Translations under genes and position numbers: made by a program
DNA from: an uncultured Planctomycetia bacterium
Lineage (GTDB): Bacteria; Omnitrophota; Gorgyraeia; Gorgyraeales; Gorgyraeaceae
Assembly (NCBI GenBank): GCA_964415355.1
Contig: CAYPYS010000004.1
Coordinates: 27,220-91,219, forward strand
Length of the DNA stretch: 64,000 nucleotides
Direction of reading: 5' to 3'
Notes under the pieces: model-generated
What the model saw: only the letters and a program-made list of their open reading frames with translations
Told to the model about the DNA's origin: nothing
Database searches by the model: none
Shown here: one piece after another, positions 42,411 to 52,844 of the stretch
Numbering within the stretch: the first letter of the stretch is position 1
How the letters are laid out: every line of letters begins with the position of its first letter

Positions 42411-42427
42411 AAGGGCTTATTTTTTGC

Positions 42428-42457
42428 TTGCCCAATACCCCGCTATTATGGTATAAT
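42428..42457 (+). promoter_or_regulatory. candidate promoter TTGCCC-18-TGgTATAAT for the giant ORF
   Basis: Extended -10 TGGTATAAT at 42449-42457. Predicted transcription start about 62 nt before the ATG, as for the islet gene. Confidence 0.35.
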
Positions 42458-42466
42458 TATCAACAA

Positions 42467-42525
42467 TAGATATAAGAACAATATAGCCTTTATATCAAGG
42501 ACAAGGCTATTTTTTTGCCTAGCTT
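42467..42525 (+). promoter_or_regulatory. conserved leader with terminator-like hairpin (ATAGCCTT-loop-AAGGCTAT + T7), ending 8 nt before the ATG; copy B
   Basis: Alignable with 40389-40444. Confidence 0.4.
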
Positions 42526-45500
42526 ATGTTAAACTTTAAAAAACTATTAACTTGTAAGATCGTATCAGCATTTTTGGCTCTAACATTATGCCTTACATCT
42601 ACATGCTATGGCATAGAGCTACCTAAAAGATCCCACCTAAGAGCCCCGATTATGGGGAATTCCGAAAAAGGCAGAGAAAGGCTAGAAGATACCCTATCTG
42701 TTGTTTCTGGGATAAAAGATGCGGCAGATGCGAAGATTATCAAGAAAGACATCAGGAAGATATTATTAATAAATGCTGCGCCTAGGGCAAAGGGGCTGGA
42801 TGTCCGGCCGCCTTTTTCTTTGTATGGCTTATACATGGTTTTAAAGAAAGAATTTGGCGACAGGGTAGAGATTAAAGTTTTGGATCTTGCTATACAAGAT
42901 GCGGATTTCAAGATAAAAGATTATCTTATTCAAGAAGGACCAGATCTCGTTGGGGTTTCGACCAGTTGTTCATTTTATGCTGGTTTTGCCGAAGAAATGT
43001 CAAGAGTGGCTAAAGAAGCTCTCCCTGAGACAGTGTTAGTTAATGGAGGCATTCATGCCTCAGTGGTGCCATTTGAGGTTGTCCAAGAGAGCCCGCTGGA
43101 TTTTCTTGTTCAGGGCGACGGAGAGATTGTTTTCCCTGAGGCATTAAGGGTCATCATGGATGGCGATGGCGATATAAGTAAAGTGGGGGGTATTTGGTAT
43201 ATAGATTCTAATGGTCAGCCAGCTAGCACCGGTAATCCTGTGTTCCCGTCCCTTGACGATTTACCATTGGGTGTCCCAGATATATTGGACGAGGTAATAG
43301 GGAAATACGATTTATCATCTCCTTATTTTGGAGGAGAAAAGGCCTGGCAGTTATTTTGCAGCCGCGGCTGCCCTGTGGGGTGTAAGTTCTGCGCTGTAGA
43401 GGCTATATCAGGTCAAAAAATCCGCGCGATGAGCCCTGAGAGGGTTGTTGCAGAAATAAAACATATTGTAAGAAGATATAATATACATAATTTTAATTTT
43501 ACCGACGACTTTTTCACATTCAATATAGAGCGGGCCAGAAAGATCAGCGAGCTAATTCTCCAGGATCAGGAACTTTCTAATGTGAAATGGAAGATCACCA
43601 CAAGGGCTGACAGGCTTCCTGAGGATTTGGTAGAGATCATGGCAAGGGCAGGCTTGATACATATTAGTTTTGGAATAGAGAGCCCAGATCCTACAGTTTT
43701 AAAAGCGATACAGAAGAGCGCATCAGTAGGTTCTTATAAAAAAGCCACAGCGTTAGCGCATAAATATGGGATAAGGGTAAGGCATCTTTTGATGGCGGGG
43801 TTGCCTGAGCAGGATGAGCAGAGCATTGATAAAACAATAGATTTTTTAGAAGAGGCTAGGCCTGATGAAATATTTGTCGCTATATATACACCTTTTCCCG
43901 GAAGCGAATATTCTAAAAACCCGGAGTTATACGGCTTTCTACCCACTCATATAAGTTATGAAGATATGATTATGAGGGAAGTTGTACAAGAAGGAGACAT
44001 TGTTAAGCCGGTCGTCGCTGTGCCAACAAGATGGATGACAGCCGAAGAAATTTTAAGAGCGCGAGACAAAATCGTCACGGCGTTTGAAGAAATACAGAAA
44101 AAGGATATCAGGGGTCTCTTGAAAAACTTAAGGAGTCCTGATATGGAGACCCGCAAGATAGCAGCGCGGAGATTGCGTTACGTTAGTAGCGCACAACCAA
44201 AAACGTGTGAAGATGTGCTTGAAGAAGCGTCCCAGGGTTTAGTGGAAAGATTTCGAGATAAAAACAGGTTGGTTCTCGCGCTGGCTGGCCCAGGGGCTTC
44301 TGGAAAATTTACATTATACGCAGAACGTTTTAAAGCTTTCTTCAGTAGGGCTCTTTCTGTAACGCCGGATTCCGTTGTTATGCTTACCGACAATAATTAC
44401 CTCCTGCCGATATCAGAACGAAGGGATTTAGATTACTTGAGCAAATTTGAGATAGATAGATGGTTTAAAAATATAAGACTTTTACAAGAAGGGGAGGCGA
44501 TTTATTCGCCGCTATACGACAGGCTCAGGAACGATCGTTTAAGGATAGATGAAGAGATTATTGCGGAAATACTACAGAACAGAGGGGGTGAGTTGCAAGA
44601 CGGGACAGAGCCTGTCTATAGATTTGAGATAGAGGGCATAGAGATGGAGGGCGAGGAACTGGAGGAGATATACATCGACATCAATCCCGCAAATAATAGT
44701 GTCCGGGGTGAATTTGACATTCTGGAGAAGATTGATCCAGAAGGAAAGATTATTGTTGTCAAGGCAACCATTTGCTTATTGGACCCAGAGATAAATGATG
44801 GATACGATGAGAGATTTTTCGTGCAGTCAGATTTCAGTACTAGATTGATTAGGGGCGTGAAGCGCTGGAGAAAAGGAATGGGCAGGCAGCCGAGAGAAGC
44901 TGAATACATAGATATTCTCAAAAAAAGGCGGGCTATAGAGGATGATCCATATATTCTCCCTACAAGGATGGCTGCCAGATTTGTGATAGAAAATAATATT
45001 ACAACCCTAGAGCTAGAAGAAGCGCTAAGGGACAGCAATCCAGAAGTACGACGAATAGCGAATGAATTATCGGCATCTATGTCATCGTTGCATGCCTCTG
45101 GCAAAACGTCTCCCAAGGAATCACGCAATATTTACAATCCTCTGGTATCCCTGCGCGAAAATCGCGACCTGGAAACTTTTATTGAAATATGGCTGACCAG
45201 GCGCTATGACTCTTGGGGGCTCCGCGAAGACTTAGCAAAAGATATACTAGAGACCCTTTTACGTTACGCAGAGGATCTGGAACAAGCCATAAATCGTTTA
45301 TATTCGGAGGTCATTGATTTTGAGACTGATGAGGCGTGGCAAGAAGCATATAGCCGCTATAAGGAAGAGGTGAAATACGCAGATACCTATAATCAGATGG
45401 ATGTATATCTCGGGGGCCTGCCGGATGACTCAGTCATTGTTGACGTTGGGGCCGGGAATAATATGCTAGGTAAACTAATCGCAACTAAGCACCCCGGTTT

Positions 45501-48500
45501 TTCTGTGATAGGGACGGATGCGTATGATTATCATGAAGAACATGGCCTTGAGAATCTTGTCTTTCTCGTTCAACCAAGGCCTTTAAATATCCCATTGGAC
45601 GATAGATCCGCGGATATCGTGATTATGAATGCGATGTTACATCATGTGTCTCCGGATGACATGGGGGCTTTTTTACAGGAAATTCGCAGAGTGCTTAAAC
45701 CGGGAGGAAAAGTGATTCTGGTCGAGGACACTTACTCAATAACCCTCCCAGTTGAAAATGAGGCAACTGATAGTGAACTAACCAGCGAATTCTTAGACCT
45801 AGTTCGAGAACATGGCGATGCATTTGCGAAGCAATTTTTTGTTTTTGATGATTGGTATAGTAATTTGGTGGTGCATAAATGGCTCGGCATGTCTGTTCCA
45901 TACAATTTCCATTCAATGGAAGAATGGCAGGAGATATTTCAGTCCCATGGATTTGAGTTGGCACATGCGCGTCATACTGGTTTTCCGCAGAGGTCATTTC
46001 ACAAGCCGAATGTCGGAGTTCTGTTGTTTACAAATACCCAGGGTATTGAGGCTGATGCGATTACAATGGCAGCAGAAGCTGTGGATGAGTTTTTGGGCAC
46101 AGGGGAGCAGTTTGCCAAGCTTGCGCAGAAATATCCTTACGTAATTAAGATTGCAACAGAGGCGCTAGATAGGTCTGCTGCTGAATTTGCCTACGGCCTG
46201 AAGATCCTGGGCTCTTCGCCTGGAGAATTGCGCAAAGGAGTTTTGGAACTCGATGCGCTTTTCGCAGAGAGTCTTGGTCTTTCTGAGCCAGACACAGTCG
46301 ATGCCCTTAGGGAGATCATGCAAGCGGTCTTTGATAAGGCAGATCCCAAAGATGGCTATTTCTTAAAAGAGGAAAAACTTCAGGAGCTCCTTTACGAGCA
46401 TCCTCCGTTGCAGTTGTTAAAAGATGCAGGAATGTCCCTGGATCAGGTAATCCAGGAATATGGGGTCTATGAGGTCTTCAGCGTTGTCAGGCTTACTGAG
46501 CCGCTTGAGCATCTCGAGAGACTCTTAGAGGCGTATAACGCGCTCACGCCAGAAGATTTTGAAAAAAGGCCTCTCAAGCTGTTCGCGTTTTCCAGAGACC
46601 GTTATCCGGCCGCGCTAAAGATACTTGATAAAAAATTGACGGTTTGCAACGATAAACTCGCAGGGACTGTTATAGCAGTTCCATATAGCCCGGACCATGA
46701 TGAGCAATACGCTGCGCGCACGCTTAGAATATTGGGGCGGACAGTACACTATCTTTATGAGGTAATGACGTATTCAGATTTTTATGAGTCGCTTGTCTTG
46801 CTGGACCGAGAACATTTTGGCGCGCGTCTGGCAGATGCGATGCGGGGATACGGCCATCTCTACGGCGACGACCTAACGCTTAAGTCATCTGTTGTGCCAT
46901 TTTTCCACCCGCATCATCTACAGGAGATCATGTGCTGGGAATCCAGCGTGGAGTTATTGCATGTGCTTGCTTCAGACATACCGGGGCTGGATGGAACTCT
47001 TGCGAAGTATCAGAATACGCTCAGGGCGCTGGAGTTTTTGTCAGGAGAACAAGAGGAGCGCCTTGTGTCATTGGGCCTCCTGGACCTGATCTCCATCGCC
47101 ACGAAATCCTATGACACCACATACCTTACTCGCGAGATGGTCCGCGCGGATATCTATGCGCGGGCTGTAGGCGACAAGGGAGAAGCCTACTTGCTTGTAA
47201 AGCACAATCTTGATAAATTTGACATAGCAGATCTTTTGTCGCCAGATTCTGTGCGCAATCCTGCAAATCCAGAAACGCAGATCTTTAAAGATGTTCTCAG
47301 GGCAGTAAAAGAAAAGGATTACGACTTTTTAAGAAAAACCATTCCTGCGCTTATGCAGATGATGGAAGAGGCTCTTAAAGAAGAAAATGAAAATGCTGCG
47401 CATGACATCTATACCCACCTGATATATTCTATACACGCGTTAGAGAGAAGAGATGGCAGAAAAGGGGTTGAAAGATTTCATGCCAGGGCCGCGGCTCTTC
47501 ATATAGAGTTAAGAGCTCTGGCTGAAAAAATAAGCGCATCTTCGGAGCCTGTCTCTATCGAAAGAATCAAAGAGCTTATCATCGAAAATTTTATAGGCGA
47601 GCGAGAGTTAAGCTATTGGTCTATAGCTGAAAAACTGGGGATCAAGACATTTTATGTTATGGAGGCAATGGATGCGCTTGCAAAGGAAGGAAGGCTTATT
47701 AAGAGAGAGACCGATGAGGCGATTACGTATATCTGGGCTATTTCCGGCGGGTCAGGGCAAGACCATGAACAGGAGGAAGTCAAGGGCTCTCCTCCGGCAG
47801 TATTTGGCGTGTTGTCTGATGGTAAGCCGCGCACCAAAGAAGAAATCGCCGCCGCATTGAACCGCGCTGTCCGCACGATCGAGCCGGATCTCTACTTTTT
47901 GCGCGACTCTATGCTGCTTGATATAGGCAAAAGGCAGGGGAAAAACACATACGCTGTTAAAGCAGGGTTACTTAAAGAGCAAGGACTGATAACGATAATA
48001 CAGGAGATCCTGGATAGGGAATTTCAACCCGGCAGCATAACGAAAAATCTCAGAAATAGAGACAGGAGAGAAAGAATCAAAGAAACAATATTAGATGAGA
48101 TTACATCTTTTGAAAGCCCGAATGTCCTGGGCGATTTGTTTTCCGAAGACAAGCAGGCGGTCTACGAGGTATTCAGCGACGAGAAAGAGCTGGGCGATAT
48201 AGCAGAGTCGAGCAGCAGTTATGTGAGCAGGGTCGAGGAGAAAAAGTTTTTTACGCCTGCGCCTTTAGAAGGGTTGGCGGAAAGACACATTATGTGGGAT
48301 TTTATCAGGAGCCCGTCAACTGATCTGACGCAGATAATAAAAAGACAGGATTTATTAGAGGCCCTGGAAAAATCAAGCTCATTGCAGCTTGCCACTGATC
48401 TGAAAAACAGGTCTTACCTTATTCATAAAGGCATCGAAGGGCTTTTTGCCCCGGTTGACGTGAGTGAATATCATCGGGAGCCGGCCTTATATGCATACAG

Positions 48501-51500
48501 GCACGGTCACGGCGATACGCATTATATAAGGCAGCATGTAATGGGATGTCTGGATAGTATAAAAGAGGGGAAAGATGCTTTAGGTGAACTTATCGAAACG
48601 CTCTCGGGCATAGATGCGGTAATTATTAAGGAAGTGGTCGGAGTCCTTGAAAAAGGCCTGGCGAGCGTCGAGTATTTGAATAATGATTATTTTCTTGATC
48701 AAGCATATGACGAGTGGGACGCCAAGCGTTTAAGCGGCGGACTTAATAATAATTTAATGCGCCTGGGCGCGATGATAGAATTCGCGAATATTATAGTGAA
48801 GGACGGATATTCTAGGGCTGATTTTCACGCTGACCAGGCTGCCGGATACAAAGGGGGCTGGAATTTTGTGAGAGAGAAAAAAGGCGATAAGCCGCAGTCT
48901 CTGAATGATTCACCAAAGGACACGCTTATAACTATCCTGTGCGGGGCGAATATGGGAGGAAAGTCCTTTCATCTCGCGCAGAATTTCTATATGCAGCTCC
49001 TGGCGCAGAGCTTCGGATACGTGCCTGCTAAAAAAGGCAACTTCAGGATATACGATTCATTTCTATATCTAGACAGGGCGTCTACAGAGTCTTATTATGA
49101 CCTGAGCGCCTATGGTGTTGATATCACGCACTGGGTGGCGGCATTGGAGAAGATGACGGGCAGGACATTTATGCTCGTCGACGAAGGCCTTTCTACCACT
49201 TCGGCAGAAGATCAGTATTATATGCTTATGGCCATAGCAGAATACCTTAAAGGCCGCGGCGGAAGGACGCTCCTGGCAACGCATAACGAGGCATTTATAA
49301 ATAATTACACGCAGGAGAAAGATGCGGGTATATATCATTTCCCATTTACGATCGAGGAAAAAGAAGACGACGGCAAAGAGATAAACTATTCTTATAAACT
49401 GACACAGGGCCCGGGTGATTCCAGGGCGCTGGATGTGGCAGAGGCGTTGGGCCTGCCCGAGGAATTGATAGAGCTGGCCGCGCAATATCTCCGAGACGCA
49501 GTTAAAGAGGTAAGGCCGCTGGTTGATTCTGAATGGAGAAATCCCGAGCGTTATACAGAAGAGGAGCGCCAGGCCTTAAAGAAACAAGGATACAGAACGA
49601 TTTTTGGCACAGAGAAGGAAGAAGAGGAAAAGGCATTTCAATTATTCAGCAAAGACCGTGAATTTCAGCATTCGTTTTTTACAGGGACTCACATTGAAAC
49701 AGGAGAGAGATTTGAGGATAGAAAGTTCGGAGGGTGGCGTTACGATGGCTCTATGCTGGGAGGCTCTTTGATCCTTCAGCTATTGACAGAGAATAAGAGG
49801 CTTGAGCCACAGGAGATCCTGGAGCGCCAGAGGATGTTCGGGGAATTGTCCGAGAATGACAGGTATGAAGAATTAAAAGACATAGGATATAAGCTTGTCT
49901 GGATGCTGGAATTTATACCTATGTATTATATGCTAACAGGCAACAGTGGATTTTTGGATTTTAACAGGGTATTAAAACCACAGAGCTCTGAGCTGCGTCC
50001 TGGCAACGAGCGCATGCTGAGCACGCTGGAATACTGCATTATGTTTCTGCGGATGAACCAGAAGATATTAGGCGAAGATTTCTCCGAGAGATTCACCGAA
50101 TTACTCAAGAGGCTTGAGAGAGGCAAAGAGCTTTTGCTCTCCTACGAAGAACATGTTGCGAATCAGGACATACTTGAGATACAGGCATTGCAAGCGGATG
50201 AGTATGACCGAGAGATAACCGACGAGGAAATAATCAGGGAGTATCTCGAGCTTGCCAGCGATGAACCTGACAGGGAAAAGTGGCAGGGCCGGCTGACGCG
50301 GCGCAGGATAAGAGAATATATGACGTGGCTCAAGGAACATGATAGAGAGAGATGGAGAGAGATAGAGTGGTGGCATTATGACGGGAACCATCCTCTGAGG
50401 GAGCTGATAAATAAAGTCATGCTGGGGTATAGTGCGATATCGGTTATGCATGATAGAGGAGGGGATTTTGACGCAGAGCAGGTAAGAGATGAATTTATTG
50501 CGCTCGCTGATGAAGAGCCGCTGGAGGCAAAGGAAAGGTGGGGGCACAGGATAACAGTCGGGAGGATCCAGGAATACCTGGATTTCCTACTGCAGAAGCA
50601 TGGTCACTATACGCGCGATGAGAATACAAAGGAAAAGATAAATACTGTCAATGATTTAAGGCATAATGTCTCTTCTACGCAGAGAGGGTTGGGCATCGAG
50701 GATAAAGAGATTCGCGCGATATTCGATTCTTTATTCGGCATAAAAGGCGATTACAATGACAGGGTGTTTGATGACAGGATATTTCGTTCCCTTACCGATC
50801 TTTTTCAGGCGTTTGAGCATATCAATAAAAAGATGCCTCCGAAGTCGATATTCGAATGCGATTTAGAATCTATCAAGGAAGAGATACGCTTTTTTGCGAG
50901 CTATTATAGAGAAAGATACAAAGAAGCAGATCTCGCGTATGACAGTAGATGGCCCAGGCCTCTGGTCCTTAGTTTTATTTTGGAGATGCTCGTGGAAGAG
51001 AAAGACTGGATCCGGGAATTTCTCGGCATATTAAGAAGCTATGACTCAGTGCATCTGCATCAGATGGCTGGTTCTCTCGAGGCAGGATTCAGGGATCTTC
51101 TATCAATAATCAAAGAAGACTGGTGGTTTAGAGAAAGCAAGGTGCTTTTTGGCTTTGAAGAAGAAACCCTGGTAGAGCTTATTAGAAATGATATAAAAGA
51201 GGCCAGGAGATATTTTAAAAGACAGAAAGAAAATATAGAGCCTTTATGTACAAGAGAGGAACTGGAGGCAATCGAGCTAGAATTAGAACAGGGTTCCAGC
51301 GAGAAATTGCTTAACCTGATCGACAGATTTAACGGCATGGGGCCCGAGGCATTGTATGAGATATTAAATTCAGTTTATGAAAGCCAGATGGAAGAGATGT
51401 TGCGTGATTACGCCGGTGTCTCGCGCGCATACAGCAGGATTTTTGCAGAGCACTATTTTCTGGGAAGCAGTGAAAGCGTCAAGTATATCAGGACTATCTT

Positions 51501-52758
51501 AAAAAGTCGGGGAACGACAGATTCTAGAAAGATACGCGATTTTGCCCAGAACTTTAGATGGCTTACCAACAGGGATTATGATGGCCGGTTGTTCCCCTAT
51601 CATGAGATCGAAAAGGACAAGTCAAAGAGGCAAAAGGAGGCAGAAAGCTTTAGGGTATTTTATCAGAGAGAGGTTATAGACACAGGCCTGATAGAGGAGA
51701 TAGAGGCAGCGTTAGGAGAGCTGGATGATGCATACAGGAAAGTAGAGGCCTTTGTCAGGAAATATAATATTAAATTCAAAGACCGCGAGGGCCGCAATGT
51801 AAATAAAGAGACGATGAAGAGAATCAGAAAAAATGGTGATCTGTATAGGCTCGAAGAGAAGGTATTTGGTATGTATGGAAATGCAATGTATTCGGTGCTT
51901 GATAGTTATAGCTTGCGAGATAAAGTGAAATCGCTTAATGGCGCCATATATGAGACCCAGGCCATTGCCCTTTTCGGTCACATGATAGCAACTCAGGGGT
52001 TTAATGCAGTGGATTTTAATTCAGACGGCTCAGTTGATATTAAGGGCATGTTCAGCATGTTCAAGCCCGGGTCTGAGCAGGAGCTGAATGACGTTCATTT
52101 TGGCGAGGATGAATACGCAAGGCTTATAGCTGCGCCAAATATGTCCGGTAAGACATTTTATCTAAAGGCGCTTGTAATGGCAATGCTCTCGGCGCTAAAT
52201 ACCGGATTTATCCCGGCAGAGTCTGCGACCATGCCGTTATTCGATTTCGTGATATATTTCGACAGGGTGACCGCAAAGCTGGACAGAAATCTGAGCGCAC
52301 TTGGAAACGAGGTCGAGCTATGGAAAAAGTTCTTTAATATCTTAAAAAGTGAAACGAGGGTCTTTGCCGCTGCTTGCGTTGACGAGGCGTTTTCTACTAC
52401 CTCTCCGGGGTATCAGGCGTCGCTTGTGTATGCGATAGTGATGGAGATGATAAGAAACGGCCAATACCTGGCAATCGCCACACACAATCATGATGTCCTG
52501 CAGGTCTTGAGGGAGCTGGAAAAGGATTTACTGAAGGCCTATACCCTGAAGATCCGCATCGATGAGGAAAGCGGCGGAGTAGATTTTAGCTATGAATTAG
52601 AGGAGCTCGAAGAAGGCGAGATGACATTTTCTGAGGCAATAGCAGTTGCCAGGACCCTGGGCATGCCTGAAGAGATCTTGCGTACGGCAGAGGAATTAAA
52701 GCTGAACGCAGAGGTCCAGTCACCTCTATACCACGTCGCACCCCAAACCGACCTCTAA
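42526..52758 (+). CDS. giant multidomain protein (3410 aa): N-terminal signal-like segment, B12-binding radical SAM, P-loop (uridine-kinase/PRK-like), class I SAM methyltransferase, long helical regions, two MutS-like (core + domain V ABC ATPase) modules
   Basis: Uninterrupted ORF. Radical SAM motif CSRGCPVGCKFC (aa 278-289). P-loop LALAGPGASGKFT and SPLYDRLRNDR. Methyltransferase motifs VIVDVGAGNNMLGK, ADIVIMNAMLHH, LKPGGKVILVED. First MutS-like module: GANMGGKS (aa 2140-2147), MLVDEGLSTTS, TLLATHN, GLPEELIELA. Second MutS-like module: APNMSGKT (aa 3203-3210), CVDEAFSTTS, AIATHN, GMPEEILRTAEEL. Confidence 0.8.
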   Translation: MLNFKKLLTCKIVSAFLALTLCLTSTCYGIELPKRSHLRAPIMGNSEKGRERLEDTLSVVSGIKDAADAKIIKKDIRKILLINAAPRAKGLDVRPPFSLYGLYMVLKKEFGDRVEIKVLDLAIQDADFKIKDYLIQEGPDLVGVSTSCSFYAGFAEEMSRVAKEALPETVLVNGGIHASVVPFEVVQESPLDFLVQGDGEIVFPEALRVIMDGDGDISKVGGIWYIDSNGQPASTGNPVFPSLDDLPLGVPDILDEVIGKYDLSSPYFGGEKAWQLFCSRGCPVGCKFCAVEAISGQKIRAMSPERVVAEIKHIVRRYNIHNFNFTDDFFTFNIERARKISELILQDQELSNVKWKITTRADRLPEDLVEIMARAGLIHISFGIESPDPTVLKAIQKSASVGSYKKATALAHKYGIRVRHLLMAGLPEQDEQSIDKTIDFLEEARPDEIFVAIYTPFPGSEYSKNPELYGFLPTHISYEDMIMREVVQEGDIVKPVVAVPTRWMTAEEILRARDKIVTAFEEIQKKDIRGLLKNLRSPDMETRKIAARRLRYVSSAQPKTCEDVLEEASQGLVERFRDKNRLVLALAGPGASGKFTLYAERFKAFFSRALSVTPDSVVMLTDNNYLLPISERRDLDYLSKFEIDRWFKNIRLLQEGEAIYSPLYDRLRNDRLRIDEEIIAEILQNRGGELQDGTEPVYRFEIEGIEMEGEELEEIYIDINPANNSVRGEFDILEKIDPEGKIIVVKATICLLDPEINDGYDERFFVQSDFSTRLIRGVKRWRKGMGRQPREAEYIDILKKRRAIEDDPYILPTRMAARFVIENNITTLELEEALRDSNPEVRRIANELSASMSSLHASGKTSPKESRNIYNPLVSLRENRDLETFIEIWLTRRYDSWGLREDLAKDILETLLRYAEDLEQAINRLYSEVIDFETDEAWQEAYSRYKEEVKYADTYNQMDVYLGGLPDDSVIVDVGAGNNMLGKLIATKHPGFSVIGTDAYDYHEEHGLENLVFLVQPRPLNIPLDDRSADIVIMNAMLHHVSPDDMGAFLQEIRRVLKPGGKVILVEDTYSITLPVENEATDSELTSEFLDLVREHGDAFAKQFFVFDDWYSNLVVHKWLGMSVPYNFHSMEEWQEIFQSHGFELAHARHTGFPQRSFHKPNVGVLLFTNTQGIEADAITMAAEAVDEFLGTGEQFAKLAQKYPYVIKIATEALDRSAAEFAYGLKILGSSPGELRKGVLELDALFAESLGLSEPDTVDALREIMQAVFDKADPKDGYFLKEEKLQELLYEHPPLQLLKDAGMSLDQVIQEYGVYEVFSVVRLTEPLEHLERLLEAYNALTPEDFEKRPLKLFAFSRDRYPAALKILDKKLTVCNDKLAGTVIAVPYSPDHDEQYAARTLRILGRTVHYLYEVMTYSDFYESLVLLDREHFGARLADAMRGYGHLYGDDLTLKSSVVPFFHPHHLQEIMCWESSVELLHVLASDIPGLDGTLAKYQNTLRALEFLSGEQEERLVSLGLLDLISIATKSYDTTYLTREMVRADIYARAVGDKGEAYLLVKHNLDKFDIADLLSPDSVRNPANPETQIFKDVLRAVKEKDYDFLRKTIPALMQMMEEALKEENENAAHDIYTHLIYSIHALERRDGRKGVERFHARAAALHIELRALAEKISASSEPVSIERIKELIIENFIGERELSYWSIAEKLGIKTFYVMEAMDALAKEGRLIKRETDEAITYIWAISGGSGQDHEQEEVKGSPPAVFGVLSDGKPRTKEEIAAALNRAVRTIEPDLYFLRDSMLLDIGKRQGKNTYAVKAGLLKEQGLITIIQEILDREFQPGSITKNLRNRDRRERIKETILDEITSFESPNVLGDLFSEDKQAVYEVFSDEKELGDIAESSSSYVSRVEEKKFFTPAPLEGLAERHIMWDFIRSPSTDLTQIIKRQDLLEALEKSSSLQLATDLKNRSYLIHKGIEGLFAPVDVSEYHREPALYAYRHGHGDTHYIRQHVMGCLDSIKEGKDALGELIETLSGIDAVIIKEVVGVLEKGLASVEYLNNDYFLDQAYDEWDAKRLSGGLNNNLMRLGAMIEFANIIVKDGYSRADFHADQAAGYKGGWNFVREKKGDKPQSLNDSPKDTLITILCGANMGGKSFHLAQNFYMQLLAQSFGYVPAKKGNFRIYDSFLYLDRASTESYYDLSAYGVDITHWVAALEKMTGRTFMLVDEGLSTTSAEDQYYMLMAIAEYLKGRGGRTLLATHNEAFINNYTQEKDAGIYHFPFTIEEKEDDGKEINYSYKLTQGPGDSRALDVAEALGLPEELIELAAQYLRDAVKEVRPLVDSEWRNPERYTEEERQALKKQGYRTIFGTEKEEEEKAFQLFSKDREFQHSFFTGTHIETGERFEDRKFGGWRYDGSMLGGSLILQLLTENKRLEPQEILERQRMFGELSENDRYEELKDIGYKLVWMLEFIPMYYMLTGNSGFLDFNRVLKPQSSELRPGNERMLSTLEYCIMFLRMNQKILGEDFSERFTELLKRLERGKELLLSYEEHVANQDILEIQALQADEYDREITDEEIIREYLELASDEPDREKWQGRLTRRRIREYMTWLKEHDRERWREIEWWHYDGNHPLRELINKVMLGYSAISVMHDRGGDFDAEQVRDEFIALADEEPLEAKERWGHRITVGRIQEYLDFLLQKHGHYTRDENTKEKINTVNDLRHNVSSTQRGLGIEDKEIRAIFDSLFGIKGDYNDRVFDDRIFRSLTDLFQAFEHINKKMPPKSIFECDLESIKEEIRFFASYYRERYKEADLAYDSRWPRPLVLSFILEMLVEEKDWIREFLGILRSYDSVHLHQMAGSLEAGFRDLLSIIKEDWWFRESKVLFGFEEETLVELIRNDIKEARRYFKRQKENIEPLCTREELEAIELELEQGSSEKLLNLIDRFNGMGPEALYEILNSVYESQMEEMLRDYAGVSRAYSRIFAEHYFLGSSESVKYIRTILKSRGTTDSRKIRDFAQNFRWLTNRDYDGRLFPYHEIEKDKSKRQKEAESFRVFYQREVIDTGLIEEIEAALGELDDAYRKVEAFVRKYNIKFKDREGRNVNKETMKRIRKNGDLYRLEEKVFGMYGNAMYSVLDSYSLRDKVKSLNGAIYETQAIALFGHMIATQGFNAVDFNSDGSVDIKGMFSMFKPGSEQELNDVHFGEDEYARLIAAPNMSGKTFYLKALVMAMLSALNTGFIPAESATMPLFDFVIYFDRVTAKLDRNLSALGNEVELWKKFFNILKSETRVFAAACVDEAFSTTSPGYQASLVYAIVMEMIRNGQYLAIATHNHDVLQVLRELEKDLLKAYTLKIRIDEESGGVDFSYELEELEEGEMTFSEAIAVARTLGMPEEILRTAEELKLNAEVQSPLYHVAPQTDL

Positions 52759-52780
52759 CTTCACACCTTAATTTTTTCAT

Positions 52781-52815
52781 AACTTTACACTTCAACAATG
52801 TTGAAGTGTAAAGTT
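52781..52815. repeat. REP/MITE-like element, copy 5 (variant; perfectly palindromic core), preceded by a degenerate half-copy at 52756-52769
   Basis: AACTTTACACTTCAACAATGTTGAAGTGTAAAGTT. Confidence 0.8.
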
Positions 52816-52844
52816 AGCGGGGGTCATTATTTTGCGTATCTAAG

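Noticed and set aside
45812-50547. Internal alternative-frame and antisense ORFs within the giant gene (45812-46144 +, 46892-47114 +, 49069-49485 -, 50101-50547 -)
   Set aside because: The main frame is continuous with recognisable domains on both sides of each, so these are frame shadows.
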